A stretch of 64,000 nucleotides of DNA from Leucoraja ocellata (Eukaryota), in NCBI GenBank assembly GCA_036785375.1, contig JAWMAR010001853.1:62001-126000 (forward strand), given 5' to 3'. Made by a program: the position numbers and the translations under genes. A model generated the notes under the pieces. It was not told the DNA's origin and did not search any database. It saw only the letters and a list, made by a program, of their open reading frames with translations. Positions 13,140 through 23,400 of this stretch are shown piece after piece (the stretch's first letter is position 1; each line of letters opens with the position of its first letter).

Positions 13140-14175
13140 CCAGAAACATGGATAGAAGATTGGCTGACTGTCAGAAGGCAGAGCGGGAATAAAGGAGGCC
13201 ATTTCTGATTGACTCTGATGGCTAGTGGTGTTCTAGCAATCAGTCAATCATGATGGGATTTGGTGTTTGATCTGCTACTAATCATGTTGTATATTAATAA
13301 TCTGAATGATGGAATTGATGTTTTTATGGCCAGGTTTGTGGATGATAGGTAGAGGGGCAGGTATTGGTGAGGAAGCAGGGAATCTGCAGAAGGACTTGGA
13401 AAGGCTTGGAGAGTGGGCAAAGTGAACGGTCATGCGCTTGGATGGAAGGAATAAAGGCGTAGACTATTTTCTAAATGGGGAAAGGATTCAGAAATCATAG
13501 GTGCAAAGTGACATGGGAGTGCTGGTGCAGAATTCTCAAAGGTTAATTTGTAGTTTATGTCGGCAGTTAGGAAGGCAAATGGAATGCTTGGCATTTTGAA
13601 GGAAGTAGAATATAAAAGTAAGGATGTAATGTTGAGGCTTTATAAGGTGCGGGCAGGGCAATATTTGAAATATTGTGAGCAGTGCTGTGCTTCATATCTG
13701 AGGAAGGATGTGCTGGCTTTGGAGAGGATTCAAAGGAGGTTTACAAGAATTACCCCAGGGATGTTTGAGTTAACATGTGATGAGTGTTAGAACTCTCTGC
13801 GCCTGTACTTGCTGCAGTTTAGATGGATGAAGGGTGATATCATTGAAAGCTACTGAATAATGCCTTGATAGAGTGGATGTGGAAAGGGTGTATCCAGAGA
13901 TGGGGATGTCGAGAAGCAGAGGGCACAGGCTCAGAATAAAAGGAGTAACCTTTAGAATGGACATGAGGAGGAATTTATTTGGGCGGTGAATCTGTGGAAT
14001 TCATTGCTACAGATGGCTGTGGAGGCCAAGGCAATGGGTATTTTAAAAGCGAAGATTGATGGGTTAATAAAAGGATTAAAGATTATGGGGAGAAGGGAGG
14101 AGAAAGGGGTTGAGAGGCAAAAATAAATTAGCCATGATCGAATGGCAGAGTTCTGCTCCAATGTCTTATGGTCTA
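13140..14175 (+). mobile_element. CR1 LINE, older degenerate copy
   Basis: FVDD-like motif at about 13335, LQKDLERLGEWA, and ORF 13557-13790 (ANGMLG...LERIQRRFTRI). Confidence 0.85.
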
Positions 14176-14445
14176 ACCTATGACCACACCAGTCACCATG
14201 CTATTGTACTGATCCACTTGGCTCAATGTGATCTACATTTGTTTGAAGTCGCTTGTATTCATTTCTCACGGCTGATTGTTAAAATTAAGGAATAATTATA
14301 TTTCCCAGCAATACAATACATTTCCAGGATTCTGACATTTTTTAAGAGGAGACTTTGTCCAGAGCTGGAATCAGCCTACGTTCTGTGGACAGTTCAGAAA
14401 ATATAAAATTCTCCATTTGAGTTGCTCTAATATTTCTTCACAATC

Positions 14446-14580
14446 TGGAAGATTGCAACCTTCACGTGGTCCGCCCTGTTTCGACTAACGTAATCAACTC
14501 GATGTGCACAAACGGAAGATCAAATAGAACAAGTTGGCCTACAACTTTAGGCTGTGCAAGCCACACGAAAGAAGAAGAAG
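14446..14580 (+). mobile_element. Ribozyme-headed short retroelement, copy A (5' G-run missing)
   Basis: TGGAAGATTGCAACCTTCACGTGGTCCGCCCTGTTTCGACTAACGTAATC...CCACACGAAAGAAGAAGAAG. Same element as 15045-15185 and 16540-16675. Confidence 0.85.
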
Positions 14581-15044
14581 ACAGTGCAATCTGTGGTTAG
14601 ATTATAGGTCACACAGACAATTTCAGATTGGGGTGCTTTTGAAAACATACATCCTCCAAAAAAATCTACTTTGCACTTTGTGTCAATATGTATCCAGACT
14701 CCATATCCACAGATTTCATTAGTGGATGTGCCCACTTCTTCACAATCAGATTTGCAGAAGGGATGTAAGATCTGCTTTGTCATATGGACATTTGAACCAG
14801 CTTTGGGAAGGTCTACTTAAAAATACACTCTATGTGTAGCTGCTCTTCCTCAGTCCCCCACAAACTTCCTGTCCCTACAACGCTAACCCACCCTCAATCT
14901 CACTAGTGGATTGCAACACTGCCTGAGCCCATGACCTTTGCTTGAAGTTCTGATCCACCTCCAAAAGATGCTCTGCTAACACAGTTCTAATGAGTTGATA
15001 GTCCTCTCCAGAAACCTGATAAAAATCAGAGGGTCAGCTGATGT

Positions 15045-15185
15045 CTTCTACTTCTAGCGTATGGCGCGCACAGCCTAAAGTTGTAGGATAACTTGTTCTA
15101 TATGATCTTATTTGATTGTGCACGCCAGGTTGATTGCATTCGTTAAAACAGGGCAGACCATGTGAAGATTGCAATCTCCCACCCC
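15045..15185 (-). mobile_element. Ribozyme-headed short retroelement, copy B
   Basis: Starts GGGGTGGGAGATTGCA on the minus strand and has a GAA-type tail. Exact 11-bp TSD TCAGCTGATGT at 15034-15044 and 15186-15196. Confidence 0.9.
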
Positions 15186-15274
15186 TCAGCTGATGTTAAA
15201 GTCAGTGAAGCATGCGCTACAATGTAGTCACAGAGTTTGCAGATATTGGTTGCAGATATTTGCAGGACAGTTTT

Positions 15275-15595
15275 TTAGTTTAGTTTAGTTTAGAGACACA
15301 GCACGGAAACTTCGGCCCACCGAGTCCGCACCGACCAGCGATCCACGCACATTAACACTACCCTACACACACTAGGGACAATTTACACCTACACTAAGCC
15401 AATTAACCTACATACTGTACCTGTACGTCTTCGGAGTGTGGGCGGAAACTGAAGATATTGGAGAAAACCCACGTGGTCACGGGGAGAACGTACAAACTCT
15501 GTACAGACAGCACCCGTAGTCGGAATCGAACCCGGATCTCAGGCGCTGCAAGAACTGTAAGGCAGCAACTCTACTGTTGAGCTACCATGGCTGCT
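15275..15595 (-). mobile_element. tRNA-derived SINE (HE1-like)
   Basis: (TTTAG)n on the plus strand is the tail. Box B GGTTCGATTC on the minus strand at about 15523-15532. Confidence 0.9.
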
Positions 15596-16539
15596 CACAT
15601 TTGGTTCCAGTAAAACACCTTGTTCAGCAATATAAATTAATTCCTTCCTACAGAATATGTATTAATAAATAGTTAAACAATCCAGATTGTTATAAATATA
15701 ATTTTGATAGTGGTTAACAATGTCAAATGTTCAGCCACCGAGGAGCTGAACTGATTGAATAAATAACCTCCAAAGAACATTATCTGCATCATTCAAGCGT
15801 GGAAGCATTTTTTGTAAATATTCATGGCTTTGTGCTAATCAGGCAGGTGAATTTAATTTTTTAATATTCTTTGTCATTGAATAATTAGCATTCCGTGATT
15901 TCTCTAATTTATTTGCTTTCAACCCATATTATTTTTGCAATTATGTGGGCCAGTGGAATCCCTTCAACTTGTGGACCAGGTAACTCAAAGTTCCCCGTTG
16001 AACATCAGGACATGCTACTAAAATAGATGTGCTTACTTTGTGTTGTTTATAGTTTCTTGTGTAGGCCTATGATGTTTAGCTCCATTATTTCAGGCATCTC
16101 ATTCTATTCCATCTTCTTCCACAATTTCTCCAAAGTATCCAGCTCATTTGTGTTCAGCTCTCAACTCTGCTCAACTTTATATTTCCAATCAGAGCTAAAT
16201 CAACATCCACAACCCTCTCTTTTTATCCCTTCACTATTACTCTGGTAGTTTTTTCAAGCATTTATGATAGTCTCCTCCATTTTCTCATCCATATGGTGAC
16301 TCTTGGAGATCTCCAGAGACAAGCGATGAGTTTCAAAACTTAAGGGCCTGTCCCACTGCGGGGACCTAATTTGCGAGTGTAGAAGAGTTTAGGAGAGTAT
16401 GAAAAAGTATCGGTTGTGTTGTATCGCCGAAGTAGAACACCTCCTTCGACCTTCCTCAACTATGGAGAGAACCTCCTACGAATATGTTGAAGACCTCCTT
16501 CGACTATGTAGAAGACCTCGTTCGATCTTCGACTATGTT

Positions 16540-16675
16540 CTTCTTCTTTCGTGTGGCGTGCACAGCCTAAAGTTGTAGGACAACTTGTTCTATTTGATCT
16601 TCTGTGTGTGCACGTCGAGTTGATTGCATTAGTCGAAACAGGGCGGACCACGTGAAGGTTGCAATCTTCCACCCC
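16540..16675 (-). mobile_element. Ribozyme-headed short retroelement, copy C (best preserved)
   Basis: GGGGTGG start and ACACGAAAGAAGAAG tail. Flanked by TTCGACTATGTT (16528-16539, 16676-16687). Confidence 0.9.
16622..16675 (-). ncRNA. Predicted minimal HDV-like self-cleaving ribozyme (54 nt)
   Basis: P1 GGGGUGG/CCGCCCU (G1-U wobble), P2 GAUUGCA/UGCAAUC, P3 ACC/GGU, L3 UUCACGU, reduced P4 with a UUCG loop, J4/2 CUAA with the catalytic-position C. Folded by eye. Confidence 0.8.
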
Positions 16676-17781
16676 TTCGACTATGTTGAAGACGAGCTTC
16701 GACTAGCTTCGGGAAAATTGGACACCGAATATTGGAGAGTGAAGACTACCTTCATCTATATTAACGCTATCTGCGACTACCTTCGATTACATTTGACTAC
16801 CCTCGATTACCTTCGATTGCCTTTGATTACCTACGCATAACATGTCGACCTACTACGACCTACTTCGACTAACCCTATGAGTAAATAAAATATCGATTTT
16901 TTCCATGGCGACCTTTTTTTACTCGCAGACAATTTATGCTAAAATATTTTACTCGCTAAAATTTTACATGCTAAAAAAAACGCCTTGACAAAACTGAGGC
17001 CTCGAGTAAGCGGGGACTACTCTCGAGCATGAAGGAGAATTACAAAGACCTCCTAGGTCCTCGTGTCGACCATGCTGCGAGTATGAGTCGAGGGCAAACT
17101 CTTCTAAACTTGCCAATTAGGTCCTCGCAATATAGGACAGGCCCTTTAAGCAGACAAACAGCACAAACTTTCTACCAACTCAGTGAATTCCTCCATTGTC
17201 TCTGTGATGTTAACCAATGCAGCCTTAGATAAGCCACAATTTCATGATCCAAACAGTTAAGCAATGGGAATTGTAAAATCAAACCACAAACTCCTCATCT
17301 TGAGTTCTCATCCTTCTCCATCATCACAGTCCCACATTACTAACAGCTAAGATCCTTTGTTCATTCCAAAAGTGGTGCAATCAGCATTACAAAAAAACAC
17401 TGAATTGGTAACGTTGCTCTTAATTTACTCCTCAGCCTGTTGAAACTCTCCACACAGAGTTGTCTTCTCTAAACGCATACATTTTAGTGTTCTCCTGGGT
17501 AATTTTCAGATCTAGCTTTCTAAATTTTGCTGCCAGTAACTTAATCCTTAATCCAGGCGTGGTTTGGAGGATACCACTTGTATCCTTGCGATAGATAGTT
17601 AGGTGTGGCTTTAAAGCCCACTCCTGAAGTGGCAGTACAAGGCTGACACAACATTGAAGTTCAGAGAGTGTGCAACAATATTATAGATGCTTTTCTTGCA
17701 ATGAATAGTTAAGGTAACCTACATCTGTTCTCTTAGCTGTATTTAAATTGGCTGTAAAACACAAAGTGCTGGGGGTACTTA

Positions 17782-18708
17782 ATGTTTAAGAACGAACTGC
17801 AGATGCTGGAAAATCAAAGGTAGACAAAAATGCTGGAGAAACTCAACGGGTGAGGCAGCTTCTATGGAGCGAAGGAAATAGGCAACGTTTCGGGTCGTGA
17901 CCCTTCTTCAGACTGATGTGAGGGTGGGAGGGGGGCGGGGGGGGCGGGAAGAAGAAAGGAAGAGGCAGAGACAGTGGGCTGATGAAGAGCTGGAAAGTGG
18001 AGGAGAAAGCAGGGATTACCTGAAATTAGAGAAGTCAATGGTCATACTGCTGAGGTGTAAACTGCCCAAGCAAAATATGAGTTGCTGCTCAATTTACGCT
18101 GGGCTTCACTCTGGCCATGGAGGAGGCCCAGGACAGAAAGGTCGGATTCGGATTGGGCGGGGGAGTTGAAGTGCTGAGCTACCGGGAGATCAGGTTGGTT
18201 ATTGCGAACCGAGCGGAGGTGTTGAGCGAAGCGATCGCCAAGCCTACACTTGGTTTCACCGATGTAGAGCAACTGACACCTAGAGCATCGGATGCAATAG
18301 ATGAGGTTGGAGGAGGTGCAGGTGAACCTCTGTCGCACCTGGAAAGACTTCAATGCAGTCAAGGGGGGGGGAGGTAAAGCGACAAGTGCAGCATTTCCTG
18401 CGGTTGCAAGGGAAAGTGCCAGTAAGGGGGGTGGTTTGGATGGGAAGGGATAAATTGACCAGGGAGTTACGGAGGGAGCGGTCTCTGTGGAAAGCAGACA
18501 GGGGAGGAGATGGGAAGATGTGGCCAGTGGTGGGATCCCGTTGGAGGTGGCGAAAATGTCGGAGGATTATTTGTTGTATGTGACGGCTGGTGGGGTGGAA
18601 GGTGAGGACAAGGGCGATTCTGCCCTTGTTAAGAGTGGGGGGATGGAGAGTGAGAGCAGAGTTACGGGGCATAGAAGACACCCTGGTGAGAGCCTCGTCT
18701 ATAGTAGA
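17782..18708 (-). mobile_element. Penelope-like element (Neptune/Poseidon type), 3' half with GIY-YIG endonuclease and pseudo-LTR
   Basis: ORF 18042-18362 (NLIYCIRCSRCQLLYIGETKCRLGDRFAQH...PVAQHFN) and ORF 18280-18714 (RT C-terminal linker with a CxxxxCxxC motif). LTR at 17782-17915. Confidence 0.92.
17884..17911 (-). ncRNA. Minimal type-I hammerhead ribozyme core in the Penelope LTR
   Basis: The minus strand reads CUGAAGA-A-GGGU-CACG-ACCC-GAAA-CGUU. Helix III is the palindromic ACGU, as known for PLE hammerheads. Confidence 0.75.
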
Positions 18709-18987
18709 AGTCAAGTCAAGTCAAGTTTATTCGTCACATACACATACGAGATGTGCAGTGAAATGAAAAGTGGCAATGCTTGCGGATTGTGCAAAAAAAA
18801 AAGACAAAACAGAATGGAACAGAATCACATATTCACATATTACGTATTTGTGGGAGGAAAAAAAAGAAAAAACAGCAATTTGAAAAAGATATCACACAAC
18901 AATAAATTGATACAGTAAAGTTAGTCCCTGGTGAGATAGGAATTTACAGTCCTAATGGCCTCTGGGTAGAAACTCCATCTCATCCTC
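18709..18987 (-). mobile_element. Rex1/Babar LINE 3' end
   Basis: (AGTCA)n tail on the plus strand. Nearly identical to 29147-29420. Confidence 0.88.
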
Positions 18988-19380
18988 AAGAGGGGGAGAA
19001 AGCTGGAAAAGAGATGTGGGGGCAGGACAAAGCCTGACAAGTGATATGTTCAATTAGCTCCCATATTTTCCACGTTGCAAAAGTAACTACATTTCAAAAG
19101 TATTTTATTAGCTGTAAAGCATTGTACATGCTCCTGATGATGTACTAGTCTTTGTATAAATGCATGGCCATTATTTCCATTCTTGCTGATTTATATGAGT
19201 TGCAGTACCGGAATCATCTCCAGGGTTGACAATGACATATACATTTTAACATAATGTATAACTTTTAAAATGGAACTGGATACATTTTTAAAGAGAAAAT
19301 TCCACAGTGGAGAAAAAAAATGAAGGAGACTAATTAGATTGTTTCTTCAAAGGACTAACATAGATATGAAGAGTGAAAAG

Positions 19381-19672
19381 TTTATTTTAGTTTAGTTTAG
19401 AGATGCAGCGTGGTAACAGGCCCTTCAGCCCACCGAATCCGCAACGACCAGTGATCTCCGCACATTAACACTATCCTACACATATTATGGATAATTTTAC
19501 ATTTACACCAAGCCAATTAACGCACAAATCTGTACGTCTTTGGAGTGTGGGGGGAAACCGAGGATCTTGGTCGTGGGGAGAAAGTACAAACTCCGTACAG
19601 ACAGCACGCATCAGGATCGAACCCGGGCCTCCGTAAGGCGGCAACTCTACCGCTGCGCCACCATTCTGCCTC
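19381..19672 (-). mobile_element. tRNA-derived SINE (HE1-like)
   Basis: TTTAG tail repeats. Box B GGTTCGATCC on the minus strand at about 19615-19624. Confidence 0.88.
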
Positions 19673-20247
19673 AGATTTCCTATGTTGTAACATTTTTATG
19701 ATGATATGTAATGGTTCGTAATTCTAACATGGTGGGGTCCAGCAAACAAATTTGTGCTGAGCTTCTTTTCGAAGACAAGGCAAAAATGAAGAAAGAGCAG
19801 TACAAAAAAACCATCAGATATAAAAGATTAGATCTGAAGGTGAAATCTGCCATTAAATCCAGTTCCTCTAAAAATACATCAGATGCAGTTACACATAAAG
19901 ACAAAAAGAGCCTTGACCACAGTCCATGACTTCTCATAACCTCTTGTCCTGTTACTGCCATTGCAGCAACATAACGGAAATATATTTTGTAGTCTTGGGC
20001 CAAGTGACAAGAACATTGAGGACAATGCTATACTGTTTTAGTTGCATGACTTTCTTTCTCTGATAAAATGCAGTGCTATTTTCTGATGGTATGCACTGAT
20101 GCTGTGTACTTCGAAAATGTGCAGAGCTCAATTTTCAAATTTCTCACATTTTTAATATTACAAAAAGATCACTCAAGTTTAAAATTTAAAAAAAAAGTAA
20201 TTAAATGAGGAGGTCAGGTTCTTAAATAGCTTATGCTTATAGGACGA

Positions 20248-20475
20248 AGATAGATACAAAAAAGCTGGAGTAACTCAGTGGGTCAGACAGCATCTCTGGA
20301 GAAAAGGATTTGGAGACGTATTAGGTCGAGACTCTTCTTCAGTCTGAAGAAGGGTCTTGCCCCGAAACATCACCTATTCCTTTCCTCCAGAGATGTTGTC
20401 TGACCCGTTGAGTTACTCCAAGCTTTTTGTGCCTATCTTCAGTTTAAACCAGCATCTGCAGTTCCTTCCTGCACA
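20248..20475. mobile_element. Fold-back Penelope LTR element with two back-to-back hammerhead motifs
   Basis: Centre reads TCTTCAG-T-CTGAAGA. TSD GCTTATAGGACGA at 20235-20247 and 20480-20492. Confidence 0.85.
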
Positions 20476-21070
20476 TTAAGCTTATAGGACGATGATTTGC
20501 CAGAAACATCAACAGCAAGGAATGATATGCACTGATAATATGTACAGCAGAAATAAATCATCGTAATTTACTGCTTCAATGCTGGAATTTTATGTAGGAA
20601 TTATTTGTTGCTTGTTAAGGTTATCTGGAAAAGTTCTGGCAGGAAAGTGGGAACTTATTTTTGAATTGAGCTGTATTTTACATTCACAACCAGAAGAGGT
20701 ATTGGCTGCAGAGCAAGGCTCTCAAAATACAGGGACATATTGAGGGCAATTTCCTTACAGACGCTTCCTTGTCACTTCTTTTTGACAGAAATATTCTATG
20801 GCTTTTTTCACTTTTGATCTTCTGAACACGAACCATGTCCCTCTTTATAGCATTTTATTGGCCACTTAATTTTGAAGGGCAGCCTTCTGAGATGGTGGGT
20901 GCCAATTCTGGTCAGTTTATTGAGGGTTTTACAACACTGCCATGTGACTATAGGTGAAGTGTGCCTTTTAAATAATGCACAATATGAGCTTTAGCATTCT
21001 TAGGGTCATTTCTTTGTGTGTGACTGAATGCTACCAGCAGTGATTCAGACTAGTAAGGATGAAAGTACAA

Positions 21071-21657
21071 GTTCAAGTTCAACTGAGTTTATTGTCATGT
21101 GTCCCTGATAGGACAATGAAATTCTTGCTTTGCTTCAGCACAACAGAACATAGTAGGCATTGACTACAACACATGAATAAATAAACTGATAAAGTACAAA
21201 TAACAGACAATGGGTTATTAATGTTCTGGCCGAGTTTTGGCCGAGCCAGGTTTAATAGCCTGATGGCTGTGGGGAAGTAGCTATTCCTGAACCTGGTCGT
21301 TGCAGTCTTCAGGCTCCTGTACCTTCTACCTGAAGGTAGCAGGGAGATGAGTGTTTGGCCAGGAAGGTGTGGGTCTTTGATGATACTGCCAGCCTTTTTG
21401 AGGCAGCGACTGCGATAAATCCCCTCGATGGAAGGAAGGTCAGAGCCGATGTTGGACTGGGCAGTGTTTATTACTTTTTGTAGTCTCTTCTTCATCAGGG
21501 CGCTCAAGTTGCCGAACCAAGCCACGATGCAACCGGTCAGCATCCTCTCTACTGTGCACCTGTAGAAGTTAGAGAGAGTCCTCCTTGACAAACCGACTCT
21601 CCGTAATCTTCTCAGGAAGTAGAGGCGCTGATGTGCTTTCTTGATAATTGCATCAGA
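21071..21657 (-). mobile_element. Rex1/Babar LINE 3' fragment
   Basis: ORF 21079-21591 (NFYRCTVE..LTGCIVAWFGN...LLPSGRRYRS...RFRNSYFPTAIRLLN). Near-TSD TAAGGATGA(A/G)AGTA(C/T)AA. Confidence 0.9.
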
Positions 21658-21869
21658 TAAGGATGAGAGTATAATCTTGGTGGCATCTTATTTGGGTGAC
21701 ATTCTACATTTGAAGTTCTAGCCCGAGGCTTGTCGTTTTAACAATACAAGCAAAATGGGAGAAAACTAGATGGGCGTTGATAAATGATTGCAGTTTGTAT
21801 AACTTTAAAAATATTTGTAATTGATGTTTGTAGTTTAGGATTGAGCCAACCAAATAATAACATCAACTT

Positions 21870-22290
21870 GTGTAGGAAGGAACTGCAGATAGTGGTTTAC
21901 ACTGAAAATAGACACAAAATGCTTGAATAACTCAGCGGGACTGGCAACATCTCTGGAGAGAAGGATGAGCGATGTTTCGGGTCAAATCCCTTCTTCTAAC
22001 TGAGCGTCGGGGGAGAGGGAATCTAGTGAAATGGGGGGGTAAAGTGTGAAAGCAACAGGTCAAAGCAGGTGATGATGATAAGAAAATGTAGAATGGGGAA
22101 GTTGACATCGCGGCATACAATCAGTAATATTTAATCAGGAAGACAGTAGAACTAGTCGGAGAACTCGGATGGGGGAGGGATGGAGAGAGTGGGAAAGCAA
22201 AGATGACGAAGTTAGAGAAATCAATATTCATACAGCTGGGTTGTAAACTGCCCAAACAAAATATGACCTACTGTTCCTCCAATTTAATCC
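21870..22290 (-). mobile_element. Penelope-like element 3' fragment (LTR plus C-terminus)
   Basis: LTR family sequence, and the 3' part is similar to 18020-18095. Confidence 0.75.
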
Positions 22291-23159
22291 AACATCAACA
22301 TGTTGTCAACTGCATCATCAACAAAGCATTCATGATACCTTTTTAAACTGAAAAGAATTCTCCTTTGCAGTTCACAATCTAAAAATTGATGAATCTGTAT
22401 TTTTAAACCATGACAAAGATGTGATAAGTTGGCAAGTTGTTCCAAAGATGCTTAAATTAGCAAAAGTAATGGTTCAGATATCAACTTTTCAAAACTATTT
22501 GAATTGTTAAGATTTGCATGGATAAAACAGACTTGTAGAAGAAAAACAAACTTTCTTGCAAGTTTTTAACTCTTCAGTTCAGAACTTCCTTTTTTCTAAA
22601 CAGCAGCACTTGTAAATGCAAATTCATTATACTGTCCTTCAGGCCCATCTGGCAGGAAATATGTGAAGGTCGTGGTAAAGTGGGATGAAACACAAGTTTC
22701 AGAAATTGTTCAAAACCTTTTCAGGCTCCCAGTTTGAATCCACCTCATGAAAAGTTCACATGATCTAAAATAGTGCAATGCAATCTGAGAATTCTGATCC
22801 CCAGTTGACGAGTGGAATAAAACTGCCTATTACCGAACAACTTTAGTCGGCTAAAGGCTGTGCTGGGAGTAGAGAATTAATTTTTGATGTAACTGCTGTG
22901 AAGGGTGCCGTTTTGACTACTGGCATAAAATAAATGCTTGGAGTAACACGATGGTATCCTGGAGTGTTCTTGGCTTGTTTGTTACCTGACATGGAAGAAA
23001 GGTTTACTGCTCAGAAGAAGAAGTTTATTCGTTCAGTCTGAAGTAAAGTCACCTTCACTAATTCAATAATGTAAAACCAGACTGCTTGCCCAGAGAAGGT
23101 TGTGAGAAGTAGAAAAATATTCTTACATTGTGTACTTGGTAGTCCATTAAATAAACAAT

Positions 23160-23400
23160 AAACAAACTGCCGGAGGAACTCAGCGAGTCAGGGCAGCATC
23201 TGTGCAAGGAATGGATGGATAATGTTTCGGGTCAGGATCATTTTTCAGACTGATGGAGTTGGGGGGAAAAGCTGAAAAGAGAGGTGAGGGCAGGACCAAG
23301 CCTGGTGGGTGATAGGTGGATATGGGTGAGGAGGGGGTGACTGGCAGATGGGTGGAGAAAGTGGCAAAGGCTAGAGGTAAAAAAGGGACAAAAAGGATGT
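23160..23400 (-). mobile_element. Penelope LTR-derived fragment interrupted by the Gypsy element (continues about 27020-27270)
   Basis: LTR family motif aatgtttcgggtcaggatcatttttcagactga, with a purine-rich continuation after 27020. Confidence 0.6.

Larger units (their letters stand above)
16343..17145. mobile_element. PIF/Harbinger-like MITE hosting ribozyme element copy C
   Basis: TIRs AGGGCCTGTCC...GGACAGGCCCT with a TTA TSD (16340-16342, 17146-17148). Internal CTTCGACTA short repeats. Confidence 0.85.

Noticed and set aside
16430-16870. Recurrent CTTCGACTA motifs as a possible array
   Set aside because: These are irregular internal sub-repeats of the Harbinger MITE. They also weaken the TSD call for ribozyme element copy C, so copy B gives the cleaner TSD evidence.
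19680-20003. Overlapping ORFs on both strands in non-repeat DNA (72 aa Lys-rich; 107 aa)
   Set aside because: No recognisable protein motif and no convincing splice-site pair.
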